A stretch of 63,819 nucleotides of DNA, counting the filler, from Theionarchaea archaeon (lineage in GTDB: Archaea; Methanobacteriota_B; Thermococci; Methanofastidiosales; SZ-28-30): assembly GCA_018992565.1 (NCBI GenBank). It is 3 parts of 3 records of this genome, joined end to end, with 100 filler letters (N's around TTAATTAATTAA, not from the genome) between each part and the next. Parts side by side here need not be neighbours in the genome. Positions count along the whole stretch, not along the records: positions 22,178 to 43,917 come from JACVGW010000046.1; 2 more parts are not named here. One strand, 5' to 3'. The position numbers were made by a program, and so were the translations under genes. The number at the start of each line of letters is the position of its first letter. Position 1 is the first letter of the stretch. Under the pieces are notes generated by a model. The model did not search any database and was not told the origin of the DNA. It was given only the letters and a program-made list of their open reading frames with translations. Of this stretch, positions 29,859 to 40,444 are shown in pieces.

Positions 29859-30818
29859 TCATGAGGTCTGCCCCATGCGCTTCACAAAGATTTCCTCCAG
29901 AGTAGGGGCAGTTGTTCTCAAGTCTTTGATATTGATATTATTATGTTCTACAATTGTGAGTATTTCCTTTAATGTCTGGGCAATATTGGTGGAGGTGATT
30001 TCTACAAGATATTCATTGATAACCTGAGCGCTCTCAATGAGTGAAAACCAATGGCTTTCTCCTGAATCTACCACAAGAGTAATCCTTTCGTATTCCAGGT
30101 CCTGCTTTTTGATTTCTTCAGGTGTTCCCTCCAGGACGATGTGTCCATGGTTGATCATGGCAATTCGGTCACAGATTTCGTCAATCTCGTAGAGGTTATG
30201 GGAGGTCCACAGGATTGTCTTCTCACGCAGTTCGTTCTTTACCAGCTTCTTAATCTCATAGCTGGCTTTGGGATCAATTCCAGTGGTGGGTTCGTCCAGG
30301 AGCAGCACGGGAGGGTCGTTCAGTAATGCCCTGGCGAGGGCGAGTTTGTGTTTCATTCCTGTAGAGTACCGCATGAGCAGCTCATCTTCCCATTCTTTGA
30401 GGCCAAATAGCTCGATGAGGGAGTCAATCCGGGAAGTATCTCGAATGCCATAGAGCTCAGAAAAGAATTTGAGGTTTTGTCTCCCTGTCAACCTCCAGTA
30501 TAGAGATCGAGAGAATTCTCCGGGGAGCACCCCAATTTGACTTCTCACTACTGCATCCTGCGAGACAACATTGCGGCCGTTGATGAAGGCAGTGCCCCCA
30601 TCAGGGAGAATGAGTGTAGACAGGACTTTGACCAAGGTGGTCTTCCCTGCACCGTTGGGACCGATAAGACCGAATACTTCTCCCTGCTTGACGGTGAGAT
30701 TGATGTGATCTACTGCTTTGACCAGTTCTCTGCTTCTTCTGGATAATCTGCTGAGAATACTCATGCCGGAACGGCGCTTGGAAAAGTATTTGCACAGATC
30801 GTGAGTCTCGATCATCAT
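29859..30818 (-). CDS. ABC transporter ATP-binding protein (DrrA/CcmA-like)
   Basis: GPNGAGKTT, YSTGMK, LLDEPT, TSH. Confidence 0.95.
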   Translation of the reverse strand: MMIETHDLCKYFSKRRSGMSILSRLSRRSRELVKAVDHINLTVKQGEVFGLIGPNGAGKTTLVKVLSTLILPDGGTAFINGRNVVSQDAVVRSQIGVLPGEFSRSLYWRLTGRQNLKFFSELYGIRDTSRIDSLIELFGLKEWEDELLMRYSTGMKHKLALARALLNDPPVLLLDEPTTGIDPKASYEIKKLVKNELREKTILWTSHNLYEIDEICDRIAMINHGHIVLEGTPEEIKKQDLEYERITLVVDSGESHWFSLIESAQVINEYLVEITSTNIAQTLKEILTIVEHNNINIKDLRTTAPTLEEIFVKRMGQTS

Positions 30819-30994
30819 CCGTGTGTAGTGAAGTACTCTTAAAAGGTTATTGGTTGATATGAAGTAACAGTTGGAAAGAGCAGTGACTATGAGTACGAGG
30901 ACATTCGAGATTTTTTGCAAGGATATTTGGATCACGAAGGCATCTGTTGATGAGAAGAGAGTTCATGAACAAAACAGAGAGTTCCACGTGCTTC

Positions 30995-31780
30995 TTATGC
31001 TGTCCTTATCTCGTCTGAGGTTAAAACTCTCCTGAATTCTCTACCGAGAGCCAACACCAGTATGGAAAGCAAAATCCATGCAGGCAAATACCGAGACAAA
31101 ATCGACATTTTCAAAGTAATGAAGTCCCAGTTGTCTGAGAATATCCACATACGAGGACTCGTATACAAAATCATAATTATTACCAAGAAACTCCATATGG
31201 ACCATGCTATTCCTGCGCTCGATATGCAATTTCTTACAGAGGACTCTCTGTATTTCAAGAGGATAAATCCAGGAAGAGCGAGCAAGAGAAATGATATCAC
31301 GGAGATCACAACATCATAAGCTGGGGGAACTCCATATTTTCCTGATAATGCCCAGGGGAATGCTGCTATCAACCCTCCAAAAAGTCCTGCCTTTTGAACG
31401 GGAGTACTCTTTCTCTCGGCCAAGAGCCACAACGTCAGTGTCAGATATAAAGCTACCACGCCAAAGAAGACTCCAACGAGCCAATTCTGTACCCCAGTAT
31501 ACACTGTTATTTCTCCAGATTCTGTGGATATCCAGGTCTTGAAGGTAAGGAAAGGAGATCTCAGACTTCCGACAGTGAGGATTAGTATGGCACACAATGC
31601 AGTCACAAGGCTGTTTCTCACATGCAATGCCCGTCTCTTAAAAGCAATGAGAGATAACCCCACCACAACACCCAGGCTGGGAAACAAGACATGTGCAATC
31701 CTCACAAAGGAGCTTGGAAAAAGAAGAGCAAATGCAGCATAAGGCAAACCAATGGCAAATCCAAAGTATGGTATCTTCAC
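30995..31780 (-). CDS. Polytopic membrane protein, hypothetical
   Basis: About 8 TM segments; AGGTGA RBS before GTG. Confidence 0.75.
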   Translation of the reverse strand: MKIPYFGFAIGLPYAAFALLFPSSFVRIAHVLFPSLGVVVGLSLIAFKRRALHVRNSLVTALCAILILTVGSLRSPFLTFKTWISTESGEITVYTGVQNWLVGVFFGVVALYLTLTLWLLAERKSTPVQKAGLFGGLIAAFPWALSGKYGVPPAYDVVISVISFLLLALPGFILLKYRESSVRNCISSAGIAWSIWSFLVIIMILYTSPRMWIFSDNWDFITLKMSILSRYLPAWILLSILVLALGREFRRVLTSDEIRTA

Positions 31781-31843
31781 GAGTTCTCACCTGTCACCTT
31801 TTACATATGTAGCACAGAAAAAAGGAGAGATAACTCTCCTTGA

Positions 31844-33058
31844 TTAGGGGTTTTCAGTTACAAAGTGCTGAGTCGCATCGACATCGCATGCAAAGCACAA
31901 TCCGCAGTGAGTATTGCACCAGCGGTAAAGCGGACCACCGCAGCATGAAAGATATCTTTGGCATACACCACCACTTGAGTAGCAGATGATTTCGTAATCG
32001 TCATTACTTGGATTCGTTGTATCGTATGATGCATACGTGTACCACTCGGTAGTTGCATTCTTGTTTCCTTCCCAGATTAAATCATGAGTCTCTTCATCGT
32101 AGTCACAAGTTGCTGTGTAGAACCACTTAATCTGAATAGATTCAGTGTCTTGATCTCGATTCTGCGCAATATTCCAGTAATAGGTCATGGATGTTGTGAA
32201 ATAGCTGGTGCAGAACTGGTCTATCATATGATCTATATCAGGTTCGTCAGTGTCGTATATCCCCACCCAGACATTTGTTTTGACAAAACTGGAGAAACCA
32301 TGAGTTCCATTCGGAAGGAAGGGGTCAGGTGATGAGCATTCGCTAAAAATGATGTTCTTGCCTTCTGAAAGCTCTTTAACTGCACTTAGTCGTACATATT
32401 CGTCTCCTCTTTGCCAGGCCACGATTTCTGCCAACTCTATTTCTTCCTCGACCTTTCTGATTTTATTCCATGAAGATTCTCCTTTTCTTGCTCTCATGAA
32501 CAATTGCTCGAGTTCCTCACCCTTCGATGACAAATCCCTGCACGATTCTTCCAGAAATGCACGTGCTCGAGAGATCTCAAGGCTATCAACAGGTTGTATG
32601 ACTTCCATTAGTATTACTATTTCGCCGTTATCTCCTTTTTTTGTGAATTCTTGGAAAACGGTCAAAGCGATCATTCTATCCTTTTTTAAGGCTTTTTCTC
32701 TGTTCAAAGATTCAATGTCCCACTTGATTTGGTAAATTTCGTTCCAAACGTCCTCTGTGCTTTCTGCCATTTTGTAAAGATCTTTCAGCCTTTTCCTTTC
32801 CGTTTTTATTTCTTCGTCTAGTGCTCGTATGTCTTTCTCTAATTGCGCAATCTGAGAAGAGAGGTTCTCAGGATACTTGTCGCTCTTACCTATGCTGCAT
32901 TGATTACAATCTTCTCCCGAAAGTGTCCTGTGTTGTGCCAATTCGATTTCATCTCTTGCAGCCGTATCAATTGGCGAATTTGTAGTTGAGGTTGCAAAGG
33001 TTCCTGCAATTAAAAAAAATAAGGCAAATGCAGACAACCCAATTTCTATTTTTCCCAT
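31844..33058 (-). CDS. Secreted protein with coiled-coil pro-region and Cys-rich C-terminal domain
   Basis: GGTGA RBS, signal peptide, E/K heptads, C-terminal ICYSSGGVC..SCCGG..WCNTHCGLCFAC. Confidence 0.75.
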   Translation of the reverse strand: MGKIEIGLSAFALFFLIAGTFATSTTNSPIDTAARDEIELAQHRTLSGEDCNQCSIGKSDKYPENLSSQIAQLEKDIRALDEEIKTERKRLKDLYKMAESTEDVWNEIYQIKWDIESLNREKALKKDRMIALTVFQEFTKKGDNGEIVILMEVIQPVDSLEISRARAFLEESCRDLSSKGEELEQLFMRARKGESSWNKIRKVEEEIELAEIVAWQRGDEYVRLSAVKELSEGKNIIFSECSSPDPFLPNGTHGFSSFVKTNVWVGIYDTDEPDIDHMIDQFCTSYFTTSMTYYWNIAQNRDQDTESIQIKWFYTATCDYDEETHDLIWEGNKNATTEWYTYASYDTTNPSNDDYEIICYSSGGVCQRYLSCCGGPLYRWCNTHCGLCFACDVDATQHFVTENP

Positions 33059-33203
33059 ATTATCACCACTGTCTATTTTATTAGCTCAGTCTCTATTGTA
33101 TCCCAAGATAATAAATAATAGGAAACTGAGATATATAAAGTTTTTCTCAAAAAGTTTATATTGTTATAATTCTAGAACATTCACCCGAAAAGAAGATGAA
33201 CAT

Positions 33204-34511
33204 ATGAAGATGAACGAGAAGACTGGAGTGATAATTGTAGGAGTGTTGTTATTAACAGCATCTCCTCTTGGAAGTTCAAGAATGCTTCAGCTTACGTCAG
33301 ATCAAGATGATCAGCAACTGCCCGCAATTTGTGGGGATATCGTTGTGTGGCAAGATGAGGAACTAGGGAGGCAGAACATTTGCGGGGCTGATCTCAAGAC
33401 TAAAGAAGAGTTCCAGGTTACCTCAGATGCCAACAGTCAACGTGAACCTGCAATTTACGGAGACATCATAGTCTGGACAGATACGAGGCACGGCAATCAG
33501 GATATTTATGGATATAACCTGGCAACTCAAGAGGAGTTCCAGATTACCACAGACATAAACAATCAACATGAACCCGCAATTTACGGAGACATCGTGGTCT
33601 GGACAGATGAGAGGAATTGTAACGAAGGCATTTATTGTGAAAACAACGATATTTACGGGTTTGATCTCAAGACCAAAGAAGAGTTCCAGATTACCTCAGA
33701 TGCCAACAGTCAACGTGAACCTGCAATTTACGGAGACATCGTGGTCTGGACAGATACGAGGCACGGCAATCAGGATATTTATGGATATGACCTGGCAGCT
33801 CAAGAGGAGTTCCAGATTACCACAGACACAAGTAATCAGTGGGGTCCTGCAGTTTACGGAGACATCATAGTCTGGACAGATTCGAGACAGGGCAATCTAG
33901 ATGTTTATGGATATAACCTGGCAGCTCAAGAGGAGTTCCAGATTACCTCAGATGTTAGTGGCCAGGCAAGTCCTGCAATCTATGGAGACATCGTAGTCTG
34001 GCTGACAAGAGCAGACGGTAGTTGGGACATTTATGGATTCAACCTCGCTACACATGAAGGGTTGCAGATTCTGGCTACCCCAAGTGAGCACATTTCCATC
34101 GCAATTTATGACGACATTATCGTCTGGGATGATAGCAGAAATGGAAACTGGGATATTTATGGATATGACCTGGCAACCCAAAAAGAGTTTCAGATTACGG
34201 ATAGGGGCTTCGAACAAACTGAATCCTCCTCTAAAATTCCACCACTGCGGTCGCTGCCTGTGTCGTACATGGGATTAATTGTCGTGGCTTTTCTTGTATC
34301 ATCCGTTCTTGCAGTGTACTTTTTACGTAAATTCGTCACCCAAAGCTCTGTTATCTCACTCGTATGGAGTAGTGGGTTTTTCCTCTTTATTGTAGGAATA
34401 GCAACCTGTGTTCATGCAGAAATATCAGGATCTGGAGTAGGAAACAAATCAATACTGGTAGTGGGACTACTGCTTATCATATTTTCCGCATACAATGATT
34501 CAGGGAATTAG
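33204..34511 (+). CDS. Archaeal beta-propeller repeat surface protein with C-terminal TM helices
   Basis: Seven ~42-aa repeats PAIYGDIVVWTD.R.GN.DIYGY.L. Confidence 0.9.
   Translation: MKMNEKTGVIIVGVLLLTASPLGSSRMLQLTSDQDDQQLPAICGDIVVWQDEELGRQNICGADLKTKEEFQVTSDANSQREPAIYGDIIVWTDTRHGNQDIYGYNLATQEEFQITTDINNQHEPAIYGDIVVWTDERNCNEGIYCENNDIYGFDLKTKEEFQITSDANSQREPAIYGDIVVWTDTRHGNQDIYGYDLAAQEEFQITTDTSNQWGPAVYGDIIVWTDSRQGNLDVYGYNLAAQEEFQITSDVSGQASPAIYGDIVVWLTRADGSWDIYGFNLATHEGLQILATPSEHISIAIYDDIIVWDDSRNGNWDIYGYDLATQKEFQITDRGFEQTESSSKIPPLRSLPVSYMGLIVVAFLVSSVLAVYFLRKFVTQSSVISLVWSSGFFLFIVGIATCVHAEISGSGVGNKSILVVGLLLIIFSAYNDSGN
33390..33828 (+). repeat. Intragenic near-identical direct repeat (about 33390-33555 vs 33663-33828)
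   Basis: GATCTCAAGAC..AAAGAAGAGTTCCAG..CCTCAGATGCCAACAGTCAACGTGAACCTGC... repeated at an offset of 273 nt. Confidence 0.85.
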
Positions 34512-34887
34512 ACATATTCTATCTGTGAATCATTCGGGGAATCGGAATAGTATATCGCGACCTCAAGATGCAGGTCACCAGTGAATACATCGCGCTGAGA
34601 GAGTGGAAAAGGCATTCTGAAGGTCATTACTGATGACAGGCATGAGCAGGAGAGCGAGATCTCGGAATGTATCTTGAGATTCCACTTGCACCTGTGACTC
34701 ACTCATCTGAAAACGAATTATGGGAAAGCCTGCTTTTGAGAAATCCGTTTACTCATATGAATTAACGATTAAGAGGAGGTGCCACGAGTGACTGGGCCTT
34801 ATTTGCTTTCTTGGGGCACGTGAAGGATCACCAGGATGTCTGAACCTGGAAGGAGAGTTTATAAATGGCAGAGAAAGTGGACAACTG

Positions 34888-35545
34888 ATGAAGAGTCCAG
34901 GAGATGACAGACCCCTGTCCAAGTATGATGATAGAAGCAAAGTCAAGGCTTCCACAGTTAGTGTTGAAGAGAACGAGTCACTGAAAGGAAGAAGCAAAAA
35001 GATGCAGCTGCCCAAATGGTTTGTCATTACACGAAACGAGTATCGCGTACGCACAAGCAGCATACGGGGGATACGACCGTATTTTCCCTTCATCGTGGTA
35101 GGAGTACTGGCAGTCTATGTGGTTGTTATTGCACCCGCAATCATTGGCCTCATGGTCAGTGATCCTGTGGCGTTCTTGTTATCTCAGGTTGCTGCGGTCT
35201 TGATACGGTTTGCCCTGTTCATCGCCTTTTTCATGTTCATAACGTTTCCAATCAGCTACACATTGAGAGATGTCAGGACTGCACAGCAAGAAATCTACCT
35301 TTCAGCTCCCATAAAGCCCAGGGGACGTATTATTTGCTTCAGGTCTCTTCTTGTTGATGCCAGCCTACACTGAAAGGGGAGGAGAGTTTCTCCTGGATGT
35401 TATGGCAATAGTCATGATTTCATTGGGGTTGTTCGCTGTATCACTCAGCATACTGAAGGAGATTGTGATTCTGCCATTCTTGCATTGTGGAATAGGAATT
35501 GTGGTTCTGTTCCTGGGAAAGAGAAATCTGAGCAGAATCGAGTAG
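34888..35545 (+). pseudogene. Fragmented membrane (ABC-permease-like) gene: N- and C-terminal pieces in different frames
   Basis: ITRNEYRV..two TMs..LSAPIKP, then a short frame with GEFLL..TM..LSRIE. Too short for the family, consistent with an internal deletion. Confidence 0.5.
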
Positions 35546-35726
35546 GGAAGACCAGAGTGCCTGCTATACCCTCTTGCCAGATTATTGCAATGATTTCTTA
35601 TGGACTGGAAATATTGACAAAGAGAATGCAGAAAACAGAGAGGTTGACACACACTGGATAGGACCTGTGGGTGTACAATACCTGTCCTGGGAAACCCTTT
35701 TATACAATTACATGCTCTCAGCTAGT

Positions 35727-36719
35727 ATGGGCGTTAACCTCGCGGACCTGGTGGAACGAGAAGCCATTGATCTTTCCCAACTGAGGGGAAAACCAGTAGC
35801 TATTGATGCATTGAATATCCTCTATCAATTTCTTGCCATCATCAGACAGAGGGATGGAGAACTCTTGAAAGACACCCAGGGAAGAGTAACGTCCCATTTA
35901 TCAGGGCTGTTCTATAGATCTATAAACCTCCTGGAAGAAGGTGTCAAACCCGTCTATGTCTTTGATGGAAAACCCCCCTCCCTCAAACATGAAACCCTCG
36001 CCAAGAGGCGAGATGTTAAGAGAGAGGCAAGACGGGAATGGCAAGCTGCAGTAGAAGAGGGACGCACAGAGGACATCAAGAAGTTCGCTCAGCAGACTTC
36101 TAAGCTCACAGACGAGATGCTCAGTGACGCAAGAGTCGTTCTGGACAGTATGGGAATCCCCTACGTCCAGGCACCTTCAGAAGGGGAGGCACAGGCAGCC
36201 TATCTAGCCAGAAAGAAAGATGCCTATGCTGCTGCTTCCCAGGATTATGATTCGTTACTTTTTGGAGCGCCTCGCCTTGTCAGAAACCTCACCCTGACTG
36301 GAAAGAGAAAACTGCCTGGAAAAGATGTTTACGTGACCATTACTACCGAGCAGGTCATCCTGGATGCTGTTCTGCAATGCCTCTCTCTTACCAGAGAACA
36401 ACTCGTAGAGGTTGCCCTCCTGATCGGGACTGATTACAATCCAGGTATCACTGGAATAGGTCCGAAGACGGCTCTAAGAATTGTCAAAGAAGGAAAATTC
36501 TCTGAATATGGACTGGATGAACTCAAAGAGCTATTCCTATCTCCCGATGTTACTGATGACTATGAAATACGGTTTGGCACACCTTCTCCGGAACATATCT
36601 CGGAGATTCTGTGTGAAGAACATGATTTCTCCGAAACACGTGTGGAAAGTGCAGTAGAAAGACTCGTGAAAGCGACTGAGACTACCATTAAGCAGACTTC
36701 TCTTGATGCATTTTTCTGA
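35727..36719 (+). CDS. fen: Flap endonuclease 1
   Basis: AIDALN.LYQFL, TSHLSGLFYR, APSEGEAQAA, SQDYD, GTDYN, PIP box KQTSLDAFF. Confidence 0.98.
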   Translation: MGVNLADLVEREAIDLSQLRGKPVAIDALNILYQFLAIIRQRDGELLKDTQGRVTSHLSGLFYRSINLLEEGVKPVYVFDGKPPSLKHETLAKRRDVKREARREWQAAVEEGRTEDIKKFAQQTSKLTDEMLSDARVVLDSMGIPYVQAPSEGEAQAAYLARKKDAYAAASQDYDSLLFGAPRLVRNLTLTGKRKLPGKDVYVTITTEQVILDAVLQCLSLTREQLVEVALLIGTDYNPGITGIGPKTALRIVKEGKFSEYGLDELKELFLSPDVTDDYEIRFGTPSPEHISEILCEEHDFSETRVESAVERLVKATETTIKQTSLDAFF

Positions 36720-36802
36720 TCAATGTTTTAGAGTGTTGCTGTTTTCTGGTACAAAAGGAAAGGCTTATATTCCTCAAGTAAAAGAAATGATGAGGTGATT
36801 GG

Positions 36803-37399
36803 TTGAACGAAGAGAAAGACACGGAATCTGAGCCTTTGCTTAACACGATCATTATCGGTCTTCTTGTTTTGCTCACTTTTGCCATGCTTGTGATTGCTAC
36901 GGGGTTACTGGTGCCACTTCCGGAGGAAATTGTGATACCTCCCTATATCCTTCTTTACGCTTTCCTGGGCAGCCTTGCATATCTCCTCACTTCTTCAATC
37001 GCTGAATGTGAGAAGTTGCTGAAGAGCAAGGAATACCAAGAAGTCAATACAGAACTTGAAGAATTGAAGCATAAGCTCGAATCCACAGATGTGACCGATA
37101 GTTCACTTACTGATGACATTGCAGAACATCAAAGGAGGAGGTCAGAGCTGGTGGCAATCTGGAAGAAAGTCGAACTCAGGTTGTGGGTCAAGTTGGCTAG
37201 AATTCCCTTTGGAATGGTGCTAGCTGTTGGATTCTATTTGCTGATTCCCCTGGTTGTCTCCAGTTCATTAGTAGACACCAGCAGTCTCCGTCTTATGGCA
37301 GGTGTTGCTTTTGTAGTCGCTCTGTTTCCGAAAGTGGCAATGAATGGACTCACCGGGCTGGCAAGTAGGCTGATTAGTTCTAATTCCGCAGGTAAGTAG
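36803..37399 (+). CDS. Membrane protein with internal coiled coil
   Basis: GAGGTGA RBS before TTG; 4 TM segments around a charged heptad region. Confidence 0.7.
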   Translation: MNEEKDTESEPLLNTIIIGLLVLLTFAMLVIATGLLVPLPEEIVIPPYILLYAFLGSLAYLLTSSIAECEKLLKSKEYQEVNTELEELKHKLESTDVTDSSLTDDIAEHQRRRSELVAIWKKVELRLWVKLARIPFGMVLAVGFYLLIPLVVSSSLVDTSSLRLMAGVAFVVALFPKVAMNGLTGLASRLISSNSAGK

Positions 37400-37516
37400 G
37401 AAGGACTCTGATGAAGCAGGCAAATGGCGCTTCGTGTGCACAGAATTGTAAGTCCCTGCACCTTGAGTGAAAGGGTGAACCGCAAAAGGTATAAGGCGAC
37501 TCGTACAGGGATATTC

Positions 37517-37930
37517 ATGGAAGAAGTGGTACGATTCGGTGTTTCCATGCCCGTTGCCTTGCTGGAACGGTTTGACAGAATCATTAGAATGAAAGGGTAC
37601 ACAAACAGATCAGAGGCTATCAGGGACATGATTAGGGATGCCATTGTAGAACATGAGTGGATGGAGAATAAGGAAGTGGTAGGAACAATAACCATTGTAT
37701 ACGACCATCACAAGAAGGGTGTCATGGAAAAACTCACTGATCTGCAGCATACTCATCATGAAGGGATAGCATCCTCAACTCACATTCACCTGGATCATGA
37801 GAACTGCCTGGAGGTCATTGTTGTAAGGGGGAAACCCACAGAAATTAAAGAACTTGCAGACAACATGATAGCGCTTAGAGGAGTAAAGCACGGCAAGCTG
37901 GTAGTGACTTCCGCACTCGATGGGAAGTAA
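37517..37930 (+). CDS. nikR: Nickel-responsive regulator
   Basis: [35 protein letters not shown]. Confidence 0.97.
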   Translation: MEEVVRFGVSMPVALLERFDRIIRMKGYTNRSEAIRDMIRDAIVEHEWMENKEVVGTITIVYDHHKKGVMEKLTDLQHTHHEGIASSTHIHLDHENCLEVIVVRGKPTEIKELADNMIALRGVKHGKLVVTSALDGK

Positions 37931-37968
37931 GCAAGCAGAGAAATAGGTATAATGGAGCAAAGACATAA

Positions 37969-37991
37969 AACCCCTGTGGCAAGCAGGGGTT
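37969..37991. terminator. Hairpin between convergent genes
   Basis: AACCCCTG-tggcaag-CAGGGGTT. Confidence 0.4.
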
Positions 37992-38024
37992 CAGTCTCAT
38001 CGGGCACGCAGGAATGTACCCTTC

Positions 38025-38240
38025 TTAACCTGTCGCTTCTGAGGCAACTGAATACAGCTTGAGTCGTCTGTCTCTGGAGGTCTTTCTGATATTTATGAGC
38101 TCATGGTTCAAGAGATCCTCAAGTATGTACCTCACTGCACGTTCAGTCATACCAGATCTCTTGATAATCTCTTTCTGAGATAGCTCTCGACCTCGCAGCA
38201 TGTCCAAGATTTTTCTCGCCGATTTAGTCATCGTACTCAT
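38025..38240 (-). CDS. Small winged-HTH protein
   Basis: KILDML..LSQKEIIKRSGMTERAVRYILEDL..DRRLKLY. Confidence 0.8.
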   Translation of the reverse strand: MSTMTKSARKILDMLRGRELSQKEIIKRSGMTERAVRYILEDLLNHELINIRKTSRDRRLKLYSVASEATG

Positions 38241-38279
38241 GGTCTTATTTCTGGAGATTGGATTTAAGTAACTTTCTGA

Positions 38280-39428
38280 TTACCGACCGTACTCGACTTC
38301 ATCTATTCCCAGATATTCATAGATGTTGTGGGAACCGCCCAAGTCTGGTCGGGGGGAGAACATGTCTGAAATGGAATAACTTCCACCATCCGCTGGTCTG
38401 CGACCAGAGATATAGGGGGAATTGACACCAGTCACAATGAGCATGACCCGCATAGAGTCCTTTAATGACTCATCAATGCGTGCTCCCCAGATAATCCTGG
38501 AATTCTCGTCACCAACTAACCTGTTAATGTACTCTCCCACAGCTGATGCTTCTGACAACTTCATGCTCGGCCCACCAGATACATGAACCAGAGCTCCTTT
38601 TGCATTGGTATAGTCAACTTCCAGCAGTCTGTTTCTCAGAGCTTCTTCTACTGCTTCCTGCGCCCTGTTGTTGGTGTTGGATTCTCCAACGCCTACCATG
38701 GCCACACCACCGTCAATCATCACTGAGCGCACATCTGCATAGTCTAGGTTTACCAGAGATGGTTCCAGGATAGTCTCCGAGATACCCTTCACCATTTCTG
38801 CCAGCACTTCATCAGAAACGGAAAAAGCGTAGTCCAAGGGAGCGTGAGGGCATAATTCCATGAGTTTGTTGTTGTCAAGGGTGATGACAGTGTCTGCAGC
38901 CCGTTGTAGTGCTTTCAGTCCCAGTTGAGCTTTTTCATGTCGGTGTTTGCCTTCCATTTGAAAAGGAAGGGTCACAACTCCAATGACTAAAGCATCCAGC
39001 TCATGAGCAATGTCCGCCACTACGGGAGCTGCTCCAGTACCAGTTCCGCCACCCATGCCTGCGGCGACGAATACCATGTTTGCGCCTCTGAGGATTTCTT
39101 TTAGGTCTCTTCTGTCCTCTTCTGCTGATTGATATCCTAGGCTTGGATCTCCTCCCGCGCCAAGGCCCTTGGTGATTCCTCGTCCTATGAGAATGTGCTT
39201 GTCTGCTTGTGTGACTTCCAGGTGCTGTCGGTCTGTATTGACGGCAATGGTCTCTGCTCCGTTGATGCCTCCAATCTTCTCCAATCGATTAATGGTGTTG
39301 TTGCCTGCGCCACCACATCCTACCACAAGAATTCGAGCTTTTCCTAAGGTCTCTTCAATATCGAGTTTCGTTTCAAATGGCTTGTCTTTCCTAATATGTT
39401 GTTCAGCGTTCATTAAGATGCTTTTCAT
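38280..39428 (-). CDS. ftsZ: Cell division protein FtsZ (FtsZ2-like by context)
   Basis: GCGGAGNN, GGGTGTGAAP, NLDYAD, WGARID, C-terminal GID. GGAGG RBS before ATG 39428. Confidence 0.97.
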   Translation of the reverse strand: MKSILMNAEQHIRKDKPFETKLDIEETLGKARILVVGCGGAGNNTINRLEKIGGINGAETIAVNTDRQHLEVTQADKHILIGRGITKGLGAGGDPSLGYQSAEEDRRDLKEILRGANMVFVAAGMGGGTGTGAAPVVADIAHELDALVIGVVTLPFQMEGKHRHEKAQLGLKALQRAADTVITLDNNKLMELCPHAPLDYAFSVSDEVLAEMVKGISETILEPSLVNLDYADVRSVMIDGGVAMVGVGESNTNNRAQEAVEEALRNRLLEVDYTNAKGALVHVSGGPSMKLSEASAVGEYINRLVGDENSRIIWGARIDESLKDSMRVMLIVTGVNSPYISGRRPADGGSYSISDMFSPRPDLGGSHNIYEYLGIDEVEYGR

Positions 39429-39429
39429 C

Positions 39430-39618
39430 TCAACGCCTCCTACCTCTGAATTGGTCATCAACTCTCTTGCGGGGTCCTATACTACCGAGTTCGTTCTTGA
39501 TCATGTCGCGCACTGCGGCTCTAATTGCTTCACTCTTGTTGGGATAGTAACCATAGCTCACCAGTTCGTCCAAGCTATCTAAGTAAGCATCTGGCAGGTT
39601 CACTGATACTAGTTTCAT
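39430..39618 (-). CDS. cdrS: Ribbon-helix-helix regulator, CdrS-like
   Basis: VSVNLP..LDELV..GYYPNKSEAIRAAVRD, directly upstream of ftsZ as in the conserved cdrS-ftsZ2 arrangement. Confidence 0.82.
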   Translation of the reverse strand: MKLVSVNLPDAYLDSLDELVSYGYYPNKSEAIRAAVRDMIKNELGSIGPRKRVDDQFRGRRR

Positions 39619-39931
39619 GACGACCCCTCCGTTATCATAGTAATATACAGGTAATACCCCTATATAAGCTTTACGGTTTACTGATAGTATCCACGTATTA
39701 TCTTGATATGTTGGAGGTACTACCTGGAAATCATAGTAGTACTACCCACAACCTATTAGTATATTATCTTGTGTCGCTTTCCACGCTTCTTTTTCCATAC
39801 AAATCTTGTATTTTAAATAATAGTTTAAATACTTTTCGGTTAGTATCTTATTTCCTCTAATTACCCCTCTATGAAGGTTTTGTATAGAGGGGACCGCTAC
39901 CCTTTTAAACAAGCCATACAGATTAAAGAAT

Positions 39932-40372
39932 ATGTTCGCAGCTTTCAGGCAAAGGGTTGACGATCCTTCAAATTTGTTAAACATATATGGGGGCGAAGCT
40001 GCTCTTTTTAACCCACTCTTTGTAGCAGGATATCCTCATCTGGAGTTTGCTCGAGTTCACACTGACAGGGCTTTTAAAAGAGGAACAAATATTGCCCGGG
40101 ACTATCCTATTGAATTTCTGGTTAGACTTTCTGCCTCGAAACAGATAGAACGTGCTCTGAAAATGGGAATAGGAAGGGGAACTCTTGTGGGAGTAAGAGC
40201 AGAACCCTCTGTTATTGAGAAGTTGGAGACCTTTTTGGGAACTCGAGAGGATTCTCTTCTGGATCTTTCTTTGGATAAAGAGAAAGAGATCAGAGACTTT
40301 TTTGAAGTTTCGGGCTCAGGAAAAAGTCTTCAAAAGAATATTTTCGAGAAAATCGCTTTGATAGACATTTAA
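39932..40372 (+). CDS. cgi121: KEOPS complex subunit Cgi121
   Basis: HLEFA..RAFKRGTNIARD..IEFLVRLSASKQIERALKMG; C-terminal EKIAL. Confidence 0.85.
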   Translation: MFAAFRQRVDDPSNLLNIYGGEAALFNPLFVAGYPHLEFARVHTDRAFKRGTNIARDYPIEFLVRLSASKQIERALKMGIGRGTLVGVRAEPSVIEKLETFLGTREDSLLDLSLDKEKEIRDFFEVSGSGKSLQKNIFEKIALIDI

Positions 40373-40444
40373 TACCAATCATGAAACAACATTGAGACGG
40401 TATCATCTCGAAGCAACTATACTGATCAAAAAAGGGAGAGAAAA

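Noticed and set aside
33380..34200. Regularly spaced repeats resembling a CRISPR array
   Set aside because: In-frame ~126-nt beta-propeller coding repeats; no cas genes.
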